64,000 nucleotides of DNA from Balanoglossus misakiensis (Eukaryota; Animalia; Hemichordata): contig CM082581.2 in the NCBI GenBank assembly GCA_040954595.2, positions 558,001-622,000 on the forward strand, given 5' to 3'. Of this stretch, positions 12,594 to 27,682 are shown piece after piece. Position 1 is the stretch's first letter. Each line of letters begins with the position of its first letter. Under the pieces are notes generated by a model. The model was not told the DNA's origin. It saw only the letters and a list, made by a program, of their open reading frames with translations, and did not search any database. The position numbers and the translations under genes are program-made.

Positions 12594-15500
12594 GCTGAAG
12601 CCCCGGCACTTTAGAGCGGAAACACGCGTACATTGACCACGATGATCAAGTCAGATCTCCTACGGCTTGGCTCGACTAAAACCCCGGCACACTATGACAG
12701 ACACTAGCGTTCGTTAGCAACGTTGATCAAGTCGGATTTCCTTCGGCCTGGCTCTGCAAAAGACCCGACACTCTAGTACAAAGACGTTGGCTAAGTCGGG
12801 CAAACCGAAGAGGGAAAGTCACAGGGGGTCAACACTCGACATTTGTTCGGGTAGGACTGCATTATTGCCTGTCAATTTATAGAGAAAGCCCGAATTTAAC
12901 CAGGGCGTTTCAAACACCGACGTTAGTTGGGGGCACGGCCTGCAGTACTGCCGGGTAAGCTGACATCGGCGTACCGCATATAATGTAGGGGGGGGGAACA
13001 GAACGGTTCAATACTACATTTATTAGATATCAGCTAATTTTGGACAATCATCTAAAATCTAAATCATTTTTTCATATTTGGATATCTGATGATGTATGAA
13101 ATTTCCATTATATGTAAAAATGGTGCTGATTATATAAAATGCAATCTGAATGAGCTGATTTAATACAAAATTACGTTTTATTCGTTTTTGCACCTAAAAG
13201 GTCATTTTTAGGCAAAACATTCTTTATTTTTTTAATTCGGTGACCTGATCATATATAAAGAATTGCTTGTATGTTAAAAGTTTTTATGACTTTTAAAAGC
13301 AGTGACACTGGCGGCATTCATCACGAAAATAACAATTTTAGCCACAATTTGGTCAAAATGGTAAATTTTTGAAAATTACAAAAAAATACCTGTTTTCTAC
13401 ATTTTCGGAAATCTGATGGAGTATAGAATGCTCGTCGTATGTATATATCGATACAAATTCCACAAAAGACCGTCTAATTTGGCTCACTGCAGACAAAATT
13501 GCCTTTTACCAAATTGTCCTTGAAAATGTCATTTTTAGAAAAAAAATACAAAAACCTTTGTTCTTCGAATTTGGTGCCCTGATCATATATGACATGTTGA
13601 TTGTATGTTAAAACTTTCGACCACTCCAAAAATGCAGAGATATTGACGGAATTCAAGAAAAAATAGCCATTTTGGCCATATTTTGACAAAAATGGTAATT
13701 TTTTAAAAGATCATAAAAAATTAACTCTTTTCTTCATTTTAGGAAATATTATGGAGCATGAAGTGTCGTTCTCTTGTAAAAAGTGCTGCAAATTCCAGAA
13801 AAGGCGGTATAATTTGAATCACCCAAGACAAAATTACCATTTTCGACTTTTTTTCGAAAAATTGTCTTTTTTACAAAATAAATAAGAATAAATTCTTTTC
13901 TTAGTTTCAAACGGGTGGAGATACTTTCCACACGGGTTTTCTAACATTGAATTCCCGTTCATAAACTCAGATTTCATACTGCATAAGTCGGCTAAAACCC
14001 TGACACTCTAGAGCAGAAACAGTTGCACACTGGTAACGTTGAACAAGTCGATTTTTCTACGGCCTGGCTCGGCTAAATCTCCGTCACAATATGACAGACA
14101 CTAGCGTACGTTAGCAACGTTTATCATGTCAGATTTCCTACGGCATGGCTTGGCTAAAGCCCTGGCACTCTAGAGCAGAAACACGCGTACAGAGACCACG
14201 TTGATCTTCTCACATTTCCTTCGGCCTGGCACGGCTGATGCCCCGGCACTATATATAGGACACAGACTGGCGTAAGTTAACAAAGGTAATCACGTCGGGT
14301 TTCCTACGGCCTGGGTCAGCTGAAGCCCCGGCACTCTAGAGCAGAAACAGGCGTACATTGACCACGTTGATCAAGTCAGATTTCCTACGGCGTGACTCGG
14401 CTGGTGCACCGGCTCTATATGACACAGACTGGCGTAAGTTATCAACGGTGATTACGTCGGATTTCCTACGGCCTGGTTTAGCTGAAGCCCCGGCACTTTA
14501 GAGCGGAAACACGCGTACATTGACCACGATGATCAAGTCAGATCTCCTACGGCCTGGCTCGACTAAAACCCCGGCACACCATGACAGACACTAGCGTTCG
14601 TTAGCAACGGTGATCAAGTCGGATTTCCTTCGGCCTGGCTCTGCAAAAGACCCGACACTCTAGTACAAAGACGTTGGCTAAGTCGGGTAAACCGAAGAGG
14701 GAAAGTCACAGCGGGTCAACACTCGACATTTGTTCGGGTAGTACTGCATTATTGCCTGTCAATTTATAGAGAAAGCCCGAATTGAACCAGGGCGTTTCAA
14801 ACACCGACGTTAGTTGGGGGCACAGCCTGCAGTACTGCCGCGTAAGCTGACATCGGCGTACCGCATATAATGTAGGGGGGGGGGGGGAACAGAATGGTTC
14901 AATACTACATTTATTAGATATCAGCTAATTTTGGACAATCATCTAAAATCTAAATCATTTTTTCATATTTGGATATCTGATGATGTATGAAATTTCCATT
15001 ATATGTAAAAATGGTGCTGATTATAAAAATGCACTCTGAATGAGCTGATTTAATACAAAATTGCGTTTTATTCGTTTTTGCACCAAAAAGGTCATTTTTA
15101 GGCAAAACATTCTTTATTTTTTTTAATTCGGTGACCTGATCATATATAAAAAATTGCTTGTATTTTTAAAGTTTTTATGACTTTTAAAAGCAGTGACACT
15201 GGCGGCATTCAACACGAAAATAACAATTTTAGCCATAATTTGGTCAAAATGGTAAATTTTTGAAAATTACAAAAAATACCTGTTTTCTACATTTTCGGAA
15301 ATCTGATGGAGTATAGAATGCTCTTCGTATGTATATATCGATACAAATTCAACAAAAGACCGTCTAATTTGCTCACTGCAGACAAAATTGCGTTTTACCA
15401 AATTTTCCTTGAAAATGTCATTTTTAGAAAAAAAAATAAAAAAACCTTTGTTCTTCGAATTTGGTGCCCTGATCATATATGACATGTTGATTGTATGTTA

Positions 15501-18500
15501 AAACTTTCGACCACTCCAAAAATGCAGAGATATTGACGGAATTCAAGAAAAAATAGCCATTTTGGCCATATTTTGTCAAAAATGGTAAATTTTTAAAAAA
15601 TCATAAAAAATAAACTCTTTTCTTCATTTTCGGAAATATTATGAAGCATGAAGTGTCGTTCTCTTGTAAAAGTGCTGCAAATTCCAGAAAAGGCGGTATA
15701 ATTTGAATCACCCAAGACAAAATTACCATTTTCGACTTTTTTTTCGAAAAATTGTCTTTTTTACAAAATAAATAAGAATAAATTCTTTTCTTAGTTTCAA
15801 ACGGGTAGAGATACTTTCCACACGGGTTTTCTAACATTGAATTCCCGTTCATCAACTCAGATTTCATACAGCATAAGTCGGCAAAAACCCTGACACTCTA
15901 GAGCAGAAACAGTTGCACACTGGTAACGTTGAACAAGTCGATTTTTCTACGGCCTGGCTCGGCTAAATCTCCGTCACAATATGACAGACACTAGCGTACG
16001 TTAGCAACGTTGATCATGTCAGATTTCCTACGGCATGGCTTGGATAAAGCCCGGGCACTCTAGAGCAGAAACAAGCGTACAGAGACCACGTTAATCAAGT
16101 TTGATCTCCTACGGCTTGGCTCGACTAAAACCCCGGCACACTATAGCAGACATTAGCGTTCGTTAGCAACGTTGATCAAGTCAAATTTCCTACGGCATGG
16201 CTTGGCTAAAGCCCTGGCACTCTAGAGCAGAAACACGCGTACAGAGACCACGTTGATCTACTCACATTTCCTTCGGCCTGGCACGGTTGATGCCCCGGCA
16301 CTATATATAGGACACAGACTGGCGTAAGTTAACAACGGTAATCACGTCGGGTTTCCTACGGCCTGGCTCAGCTGAAGCCCCGGCACTCTAGAGCAGAAAC
16401 AGGCGTACATTGACCACGTTGATCAAGTCAGATTTCCTACGGCGTGACTCGGCTGGTGCACCGGCTCTATATGACACAGACTGGCGTAAGTTATCAACGG
16501 TGATTACGCCGGATTTCCTACGGCCTGGTTTAGCTGAAGCCCTGGCGCTTTAGAGCGGAAACACGCGTACATTGACCACGATGATCAAGTCAGATCTCCT
16601 ACGGCCTGGCTCGACTAAAACCCCGGCACACCATGACAGACACTAGCGTTCGTTAGCAACGGTGATCAAGTCGGATTTCCTTCGGCCTGGCTCTGCAAAA
16701 GACCCGACACTAGTACAAAGACGTTGGCTAAGTCGGGCAAACCGAAGAGGGAAAGTCACAGCGGGTCAACACTCGACATTTGTTAGGGTAGGACTGCATT
16801 ATTGCCTGTCAATTTATAGAGAAAGCCCGAATTTAACCAGGGCGTTTCAAACACCGACGTTAGTTGGGGGCACGGCCTGCAGTACTGCCGGGTAAGCTGA
16901 CATCGGCGTACCGCATATAATGTAGGGGGGGGGGGGGACAGAACGGTTCAATACTACATTTATTAGATATCAGCTAATTTTGGACAATCATCTAAAATCT
17001 AAATCATTTTTTCATATTTGGATATCTGATGATGTATGAAATTTCCATTATATGTAAAAATGGTGCTGATTATAAAAAATGCACTCTGAATGAGCTGATT
17101 TAATAGAAAATAGCGTTTTATTCGTTTTTGCACCAAAAAGGTCATTTTTAGGCAAAACATTCTTTATTTTTTTAATTCGGTGCCCTGATCATATATTAAC
17201 AATTGCTTGTATGTTAAAAGTTTTTATGACTTTTAAAAGCAGTGACACTGGCGGCATTCAACACGAAAATAACAATTTTAGCCACAATTTGGTCAAAATG
17301 GTAAATTTTTGAAAATTACAAAAAATACATGTTTTGTACATTTTCGGAAATCTGATGGAGTATAGAATGCTCTTCTTATGTATATATATATACAAATTCC
17401 ACAAAAGACTATCTAATTTGGCTCAAGGCAGACAAAATTGCGTTTTACCAAATTTTCCTTGAAAATGTCATTTTTAGAAAAAAAACTAAAAAAACCTTTG
17501 TTCTTCGAATTTGGTGCCCTGATCATATATGACATGTTGATTGTATGCTAAAACTTTCGACCACTCCAAAAATGCAGAGACATTGACGGAATTCAAGAAA
17601 AAATAGCCATTTTGGCCATATTTTGACAAAAATGATAATTTTTTAAAAAATCATAAAAAATTAACTCTTTTCTTCATTTTCGGAAATATTATGGAGCATG
17701 AAGTGTCGTTCTCTTGTAAAAAGTGCTGCAAATTCCAGAAAAGGCGGTATAATTTGAATCACCCAAGACAAATTTACCATTTTCGACTTTTTTTCGAAAA
17801 ATTGTCTTTTTTACAAAAAAAATAAGAATAAATTCTTTTCTTAGTTTCAAACGGGTAGAGATACTTTCCACACGGGTTTTCTAACATTGGATTCCCGTTC
17901 ATCAACTCAGATTTCTTACAGCATAAGTCGGCGAAAACCCTGACACTCTAGAGCAGAAACAGTTGCACACTGGTAACGTTGAATAAGTCGATTTTTCTAC
18001 GGCCTGGCACGGCTAAATCTCCGTCACAATATGACAGACACTAGCGTACGTTAGCAACGGTGATCAAGTCAGATTTTCTACGGCATGGCTTGGATAAAGC
18101 CCCGGCACTCTAGAGCAGAAACACGCGTACAGAGACCACGTTGATCAAGTCTGATCTCCTACGGCTTGGCTCGACTAAAACCCCGGCACACTATGACAGA
18201 CACTAGCGTTCGTTAGCAACGTTGATCAAGTCAGATTTCCCACGGCATGGCTTGGCTAAAGCCCTGGCACTCTAGAGCAGAAACACGTGTACAGAGACCA
18301 CGTTGATTTACTTACATTTCCTTCGGCCTGGCACGGCTGATGCCCCGGCGCTATATATAGGACACAGACTGGCGTAAGTTAACAACGGTAATCACGTCGG
18401 GTTTCCTACGGCCTGGCTCAGCTGAAGCCCCGGCACTCTAGAGCAGAAACAGGCGTACATTGACCACGTTGATCAAGTCAGATTTCCTACGGCGTGACTC

Positions 18501-21500
18501 GGCTGGTGCACCGGCTCTATATGACACAGACTGGCGTAAGTTATCAACGGTGATTACGTCGGATTTCCTACGGCCTGGTTTAGCTGAAGCCCCGGCACTT
18601 TAGAGCGGAAACACGCGTACATTGACCACGATGATCAAGTCAGATCTCCTACGGCCTGGCTCGACTAAAACCCCGGCACACCATGACAGACACTAGCGTT
18701 CGTTAGCAACAGTGATCAAGTCGGATTTCCTTCGGCCTGGCTCTGCAAAAGACCCGACACTCTAATACAAAACGTTGGCTAAGTCGGGCAAACCGAAGAG
18801 GGAAAGTCACAGCGGGTCAACACTCGACATTTGTTCGGGTAGGACTGCATTATTGCCTGTCAATTTATAGAGAAAGCCCGAATTTAACCAGGGCGTTTCA
18901 AACACCGACGTTAGTAGGGGGCACGGCCTGCAGTACTGCCGGGTAAGCTGACATCGGCGTACCGCATATAATGTAGGTGGGGGGGGGGGGGGGACAGAAC
19001 GGTTCAATACTACATTTATTAGATATCAGCTAATTTTGGACAATCATCTAAAATCTAAATCATTTTTTTTTCATATTTGGATATATGATGATGTATGAAA
19101 TTTCCATTATATGTAAAAATGGTGCTGATTATAAAAAATGCACCCTGATTTAATACAAAATTACGTTTTATTCGTTTTTGCACCAAAAAGGTCATTTTTA
19201 GGCAAAACATTCTTTATTTTATTAATTCGATGACCTGATCATATATAAACTATTGCTTGTATGTTAAAAGTTTTTATGACTTTTAAAAGCAGTGACACTG
19301 GCGGCATTCAACACGAAAATAACAATTTTAGCCACAATTTGGTCAAAATGGTAAATTTTTGAAAATTACAAAAAATACTTGTTTTCTACATTTTCGGAAA
19401 TCTGATGGAGTATAGAATGCTCTTCGTATGTATATATCGATACAAATTCCACAAAAGACCGTCTAATTTGGCTCACTGCAGACAAAATTGCGTTTTACCA
19501 AATTTTCCTTGAAAATGTCATTTTTAGAAGAAAAAAAAAATAAAAAAACCTTTGTTCTTCGAATTTGGTGCCCTGATCATATATGACATGTTGATTGTAT
19601 GTTAAAACTTTCGACCACTCCAAAAAAGCAGAGATATTGACGGAATTCAAGAAAAAATAGCAATTTTGGCCATATTTTGACAAAAATGGTAAATTTTTAA
19701 AAAATCATAAAAAATTAACTCTTTTCTTCAATTTCGGAAATATTATGGAGCATGAAGTGTCGTTCTCTTGTAAAAAGTGCTGCAAATTCAAGAAAAGGCG
19801 GTATAATTTGAATCACCCAAGACAAAATTACCATTTTCGACTTTTTTTTCGAAAAATTGTCTTTTTTACAAAATAAATAAGAATAAATTCTTTTCTTAGT
19901 TTCAAACGGGTAGAGATACTTTCCACACGGGTTTTCTAACATTGAATTCCCGTTCATCAACTCAGATTTCATACAGCATAAGTCGGCAAAAACCCTGACA
20001 CTCTAGAGCAGAAACAGTTGCACACTGGTAACGTTGAACAAGTCGATTTTTCTACGGCCTGGCTCGGCTAAATCTCCGTCACAATATGACAGACACTAGC
20101 GTACGTTAGCAACGGTGATGAAGTCAGATTTTCTACGGCATGGCTTGGATAAAGCCCCGGCACTCTAAAGCAGAAACACGCGTACAGAGAGCACGTTGAT
20201 CAAGTCTGATCTCCTACGGCTTGGCTCGACTAAAACCCCGGCACACTATGACAGACACTAGCGTTAGTAAGCAACGTTGATCAAGTCAGATTTCCTACGG
20301 CATGGCTTGGCTAAAGCCCTGGCACTATAGAGCAGAAACACGCGTACAGAGACCACGTTGATCTACTCACATTTCCTTCGGCCTGGCACGGCTGATGCCC
20401 CGGCACTATATATAGGACACAGACTGGCGTAAGTTAACAACGATAATCACGTCGGGTTTCCTACGGCCTGGCTCAGCTGAAGCCCCGGCACTCTAGGGCA
20501 GAAACAGGCGTACATTAACCACGTTGATCAAGTCAGATTTCCTACGGCGTGACTCGGCTGGTGCACCGGCTCTATATGACACAGACTGGCGTAAGTTATC
20601 AACGGTGATTACGTCGGATTTCCTACGGTCTGGTTTAGCTGAAGCCCCGGCACTTTAGAGCGGAAACACGCGTACATTGACCACGATGATCAAGTCAGAT
20701 CTCTTACGGCCTGGCTCGACTAAAACCCCGGCACACCATGACAGACACTAGCGTTCGTTAGCAACGGTGATCAAGTCGGATTTCCTTCGGCCTGGCTCTG
20801 CAAAAGACCCGACACTCTAGTACAAAGACGTTGGCTAAGTCGGGCAAACCGAAGAGGGTAAGTCACAGCGGGTCAACACTCGACATTTGTTCGGGTAGGA
20901 CTGCATTATTGCCTGTCAATTTATAGAGAAAGCCCGAATTTAACCAGGGCGTTCCAAACACCGACGTTAGTTGGGGGCACGGCCTGCAGTACTGCCGGGT
21001 AAGCTGACATCGGCATACCGCATATAATGTAGGGGGGCGGGGGGGCAAACAGAACGGTTCAATACTACATTTATTAGATATCAGCTAATTTTGGACAATC
21101 ATCTAAAATCCAAATCATTGTTTCATATTTGGATATCTGATGATGTATGAAATTTCCATTATATGTAAAAATGGTGCTGATTATAAAAAATGCACTCTGA
21201 ATGAGCTGATTTAATACAAAATTACGTTTTATTCGTTTTTGCACCTAGAAGGTCATTTTTAGGCAAAACATTCTTTATTTTTTTAATTCGGTGACCTGAT
21301 CATATATAAAGAATGGCTTGTATGTTAAAAGTTTTTATGACTTTTAAAAGCAGTGACACTGGCGGCATTCAACACGAAAATAACAATTTTAGCACAATTT
21401 GGTCAAAATGGAAAATTTTTGAAAATTACAAAAAATACCTGTTTTCTACATTTTCGGGAATCTGATCGAGTATAGAATGCTCTTCGTATGTATATATCGA

Positions 21501-24500
21501 TACAAATTCCACAAAAGACCGTCTAATTTGGCTCACTGCAGACAAAATTGCGTTTTACCAAATTTTCCTTGAAAATGTCATTTTTAGAAAAAAAAAATAA
21601 AAAAACCTTTGTTCTTCGAATTTGGTGCCCCGATCATAATGACATGTTGATTGTATGTTTAAACTTTCGACCACTCCAAAAATGCAGAGATATTGACGGA
21701 ATTCAAGAAAAAATAGCCATTTTGGCCATATTTTGACAAAAATGGTAAATTTTTAAAAAATCATAAAAATTTAACTCTTTTCTTCATTTTCGGAAATATT
21801 ATGGAGCATGAAGTGTCGTTCTCTTGTAAAAAGTGCTGCAAATTCCAGAAAAGGTGGTATAATTTGAATCACCCAAGACAAAATTACCATTTTCGACTTT
21901 TTTTCGAAAAATTGTCTTTTTTACAAAATAAATAAGAATAAATTCTTTTATTAGTTTCAAACGGGTAGAGATACTTTCCACACAGGTTTTCTAACATTGA
22001 ATTCCCGTTCATCAACTCAGATTTCCTACAGCATAAGTCGGCTAAAACCCTGACACTCTAGAGCAGAAACAGTTGCACACTGGTAACGTTGGACAAGTCG
22101 ATTTTTCTACGGCCTGGCTCGGCTAAATCTCCGTCTAAATATGACAGACACAAGCGTACGTTAGCAACGGTGATCAAGTCATATTTTCTACGGCATGGGT
22201 TTTCTACGGCCTGGCTCAGCTGAAGCCCCGGCACTCTAGAGCAGAAACACGCGTACATTAACCACGTTGATCAAGTCAGATTTCCTACGGCGTGACTCGG
22301 CTGGTGCACCGGCTCTATATGACACAGACTGGCGTAAGTTATCAACGGTGATTACGTCGGATTTCCTACGGCCTGGTTTAGCTGAAGCCCCGGCACTTTA
22401 GAGTGGAAACACGCGTACATTGACCACGATGATCAAGTCAGATCTCCTACGGCCTGGCTCGACTAAAACCCCGGCACACCATGACAGACACTAGCGTTCG
22501 TTAGCAACGGTGATCAAGTCGGATTTCCTTCGGCCTGGCTCTGCAAAAGACCCGACACTCTAGTACAAAGACATTGGCTAAGTCGGGCAAACCGAAGAGG
22601 GAAAGTCACAGCGGGTCAACACTCGACATTTGTTCTGGTAGGACTGCATTATTGCCTGTCAATTTATAGAGAAAGCCCGAATTTAACCAGGGCGCTTCAA
22701 ACACCGACGTTAATTGGGGGCACGGCCTGCAGTACTGCCGGGTAAGCTGACATCGGCGTACCGCATGTAATGTAGGGGGGGGGGGGGGAACAGAACGGTT
22801 TAATACTACATTTATCTGTTATCAGCTAATTTTGGACAATCATCTAAAATCTAAATCATTTTTTCATATTTGGATATCTGATGATGTATGAAATTTCCAT
22901 TATATGTAAAAATGGTGCTGATTATAAAAAATGCACTCTAATTTAATACAAAATTGCGTTTTATTCGTTTTTGCACCAAAAAGGTCATTTTTAGGCAAAG
23001 CATTCTTTATTTTTTTTAATTCGGTGACCTGATCATATATAAACAATAGCTTGTATGTTTAAAGTTTTTATGACTTTTAAATGCAGTGACACTGGCGGCA
23101 TTCAACACGAAAATAACAATTTTAGCCACAATTTGGTCAAAATGGTAAATTTTTGAAAATTACAAAAAATACCTGTTTTCTACATTTTCGGAAATTTGAT
23201 GGAGTATAGAATGCTCTTCGTATGTATATATCGATACAAATTCCACAAAAGACCGTCTAATTTGGCTCACTGCAGACAAAATTGCGTTTTACCAAATTTT
23301 CCTTGAAAATGTCATTTTTAGAAGAAAAAAAAATAAAAAAACCTTTGTTCTTCGAATTTGGTGCCCTGATCATATATGACATGTTGATTGTATGTTAAAA
23401 CTTTCGACCACTCCAAAAATGCAGAGATATTGACGGAATTCAAGAAAAAATAGCCATTTTGGCCATATTTTGACAAAAATGGTAAATTTTGAAAAAATCA
23501 TAAAAAATTAACTCTTTTCTTCATTTTCGGAAATATTATGGAGCATGAAGTGTCGTTCTCTTGTAAAAAGTGCTGCAAATTCCAGAAAAGGCGGTATAAT
23601 TTAAATCACCCAAGACAAAATTACCATTTTCGACTTTTTTTCGAAAAATTGTCTTTTTTACAAAATAAATAAGAATAAATTCTTTTCTTAGTTTCAAACG
23701 GGTAGAGATACTTTCCACACGGGTTTTCTAACATTGAATTCCCATTCATCAACTCAGATTTCTTACAGCATAAGTCGGCTAAAACCCTGACACTCTAGAG
23801 CAGAAACACGCGTACAGAGACCACGTTGATCTACTCACATTTCCTTCGGCCTGGCACGGCTGATGCCCCGGCACTATATATAGGACACAGACTGGCGTAA
23901 GTTAACAACGGTAATCACGTCGGGTTTCCTACGGCCTGGCTCAGCTGAAGCCCCGGCACTCTAGAGCAGAAACACGCGTACAGAGACCACGTTGATCTAC
24001 TCACATTTCCTTCGGCCTGGCACTGCTGATGCCCCGGCACTATATATAGGACACAGACTGGCGTAAGTTAACAACGGTAATCACGTCGGGTTTCCTACGG
24101 CCTGGCTCAGCTGAAGCCCCGGCACTCTAGAGCAGAAACAGGCGTACATTGACCACGTAGATCAAGTCAGATTTCCTACGGCGTGACTCGGCTGGTGCAC
24201 CGGCTCTATATGACACAGACAGGCGTAAGTTATCAACGGTGATTACGTCGGATTTCCTACGGCCTGGTTTAGCTGAAGCCCCGGCACTTTAGAGCGGAAA
24301 CACGCGTACATTGACCGCGATGATCAAGTCAGATCTCCTACGGCCTGGCTCGACTAAAACCCCGGCACACCATGACAGACACTAGCGTTCGTTAGCAACG
24401 GTGATCAAGTCGGATTTCCTTCGGCCTGGCTCTGCAAAAGACCCGACACTCTAGTACAAAGACGTTGGCTAAGTCGGGTAAACCGAAGAGGGAAAGTCAC

Positions 24501-25262
24501 AGCGGGTCAACACTCGACATTTGTTCGGGTAGGACTGCATTATTGCCTGTCAATTTATAGAGAAAGCCCGAATTTAACCAGGACGTTTCAAACACCGACG
24601 TTAGTTGGGGGCACGGCCTGCAGTACTGTCGGGTAAGCTGACATCGGCGTAACGCATATAATGTAAGGGGGGGGGGGAACGGAACGATTCAATACTACAT
24701 TTATTAGATATCAGCTAATTTTGGACAATCATCTAAAATCTAATTCATTTTTTCATATTTGGATATCTGATGATGTAGGAAATTTCCATTATATGTAAAA
24801 ATGGTGCTGATTATAAAAAATGCACTCTCAATGAGCTGATTTTTAGTCAAAACATTCTTTATTTTTTAATTCGGTGACCTGATCATATATAAACAATTGC
24901 TTGTATGTTAAAAGTTTTTATGACTTTTAAAAGCAGTGACACTGGCGGCATTCAACACGAAAATAACAATTTGGTCGAAATTGTAAATTTTTGAAAATTA
25001 CAAAAAATACCTGTTTTCTACATTTTCGGAAATCTGATGGAGTATAGAATGCTCTTCGTATATATATATCGATACAAATTCCACAAAAGACCGTCTAATT
25101 TGCCTCACTGCAGACAGAATTGCGTTTTACCAAATTTTCCTTGAAAATGTCATTTTTAGAAAAAAAAAACTAAAAAAATCTTTGTTCTTCGAATTTGGTG
25201 CCCTGATCATATATGACATGTTGATTGTATGTTAAACCTTTCGACCACTCCAAAAATGCAGA

Positions 25263-26455
25263 TAGTCTGTGGGCTGGAGGGGTCCACCGAGCACCACCAC
25301 CCCCCCATAAACCTACCACTTGGGTATTTTTTTTGTTCTATAGAACGTGCTGAACAAGAAAAAAAATGTTAAATTGAATATTTTGGGTTGCACTACCCCT
25401 CCGGGGTGGTTTTTGAATGGTATGTGCCGCTCAAAATGGCGAAAAATGAGTTGGGGTATGGGGTACTATATTCTCTCCTAAAAAAATAAAACTACCATGA
25501 AATTACATAAACCTTATATTTTTTAGAAAGCTTAGATACTGCTCTTTACGGGAAGCACAAACTTTATTAAACAATATTTATGAATATTTAATTAGATGAT
25601 TTTTAAATTAATTTTTTCGGCAATTTTGAAAGTTTTCACTCAAAAGACAATGTTACAATTGTGATTTTATTTTTGTGAAGCAAATTTTTGACTACTTTTT
25701 AGGTTTGGATTATTTAATTCTATATATTAAACAAGAAAACAAATGTTAACATTAGTTATTTAACAATACAATACTTCTTTAGAGACAACTTTGAAATGCA
25801 TGTATCCTATGGGATTACGCATGGTCTTGGCGTAGGGGGTACTATATCCTCTCCTAAAAAAATAAAACTAGCAAAAAATTACATAAACCTTAAATTTTTA
25901 GAAAGCTTAGACACTGCTCTTTACGGGAAGCACAAACTTAATTATAAAAAAATTATGAATATTTAATTATAAGATTTTTAAATTAATTTTTTCGGCAATT
26001 TTGAAAATATTCACCCCAAAGACAACGCAACAATTGTGATTTTCTTTTTGTGAAGCAAATTTTTGACATCTTTTGGGGGTTTGGATTATTGACTTCTATT
26101 TATTAAACAAGAAAACAAATGTTAACATTAGTTATATAACAATACAATACTTCTTTAGAGACAACTTTGAAATGCATGTATCCTATGGGATTACGCATGG
26201 TCTTGGGGTAGGGGGTACTATATCCTCTCCTACAACAATAAAGCTAGCTTCAAAGTACATAAACCTTATATTTTTAGAAAGCTTAGACACTGCTCTTTAC
26301 GGGGAGTAAAATTAATTTTTGATTATTTAATTATATGATTTTTAAATTATTTTCTTCGGCAATTTTGAAAATATTCACCCCAAAGACAAAGCAACTATTG
26401 TGATTTTTCTTTTTGTGAAGCAAATTTTTGACAACTTTTTAGGTTTGGATTATTT
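25263..26455 (+). repeat. Left terminal inverted repeat with ~376-bp internal tandem units
   Basis: Reverse complement of ~50720-51918; GGGGTACTATAT motif at ~25460, 25837, 26213. Confidence 0.93.
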
Positions 26456-27682
26456 TTTTTATTGTCATAAACTAGACAAAACATCTCTACATCTCAAAAG
26501 AAAACAAAATGTGCAAGTACAGAATTTTTTGAAAATATTCCAGTACCTGTAGTGTGTGTGATTCTCCATTGCCTTTGCTTGGTAAGTATCAATTTTTTGT
26601 ATATTATTGAGGTAAGATAAAAATGTGCGAAGGTTTGGCAATACTGGCTTAAATTTATATTTAAAGATAAAAGTCTTTGAAAGTAATATAAAGTAATTCA
26701 GGGCTAACCACTCATCGTTTGTGTGGTTACTTTGAAAATTCTATTTTATACCCACCAAAACATCAAAAGGGACAGCTCAATGGCAATATTACACTTTGTC
26801 TGTAATTGCAACTCTACATCCTTCCAAAAAGACAAAATACAGTCGCATTCGAAAAATAAATGTATAAGGATTTCCTCATAATTTTCACAGAAGGTGCATT
26901 TCACAGAATCGCATTTTCCCCCTTATCTTTAAAAATGTATTTGTAGTACAGATTCTACAAGCAATTCTGAATTGAAAATTACGCAAAGTAGAATCCTTTG
27001 TTACAATAAATGGTAAAGCATAGTGTAATTGCGAATCAAAATTCCGGAAGAGGTCTTTCCATTTTTGCGTACATCTCATCGGTTTAAGATTATTCTTCAA
27101 AAATAAGTAAAATAGAGTAGGTTTTTTTCAGGATCTATTTGTGTAATACATGTTTGGGTGGGCATTATTTACAGAGCCTTGTTGCTGAATCTTTCTGAAC
27201 CGTGATCTTGGAAAAGCGTTGATTAAACCCATATGAAGTTTGGTGAAAAATTATGTCTGTTACTAAAATCTTGGAAAGATAAAATGGAACCGGAAAAATC
27301 TAATAAATCCGAAATATACATTACAACATTATCATACCAGTTTTTATAAAATATGGTAGCGTTGTTAACTTTCAGCTCTGGTTGAACCATATACACTTTT
27401 TTATGTTATTAATAGGGTCGGGGGGGGGGGGGTATAGTTTTTGACCAACATAGTAGTACTAGGTACCAGAAGCTATGACGTGAAAATCTGTTTCTGGCAA
27501 ACTCCACGACCTGAGCGGGGGTGAAGTGGGTAAGATAGCAGGGGATATACCCACAGTTTAAACATTTCTATCCACTGAGAATATTGATTGGACATTAATC
27601 TGTTAATCCACGAAGCATGCACTGCTTGAACGAATGAGGGAAGATGGGTCATTCGCAAACCCAACTCATCACAATTACAACA
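26452..27682 (-). pseudogene. L1/Tx1-clade non-LTR retrotransposon ORF2, 3' fragment with poly(A) end
   Basis: Fragments GLRMTHL..F..A..ASWINRL and LRNFQFRI..RI.TTN.FL typical of L1/Tx1 ORF2 C-terminus; AATAAA plus A-run on minus strand at ~26452-26465. Confidence 0.8.

Larger units (their letters stand above)
4608..25262. repeat. Macrosatellite array, left block (~2 kb monomer; interrupted by BEL element)
   Basis: Poly-G marker recurs at ~5224, 7606, 12987, 14874, 16925, 18976, 21031, 22774, 24666; monomers are near-identical and differ mainly in the number of ~81-bp subunits. Confidence 0.97.

Noticed and set aside
4608-25262. Many recurring 60-90 aa ORFs in the satellite, including a 27-codon periodic frame in the 81-bp subunits
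   Set aside because: Frames are broken by stops and homopolymer indels that differ between monomers; no recognisable domain
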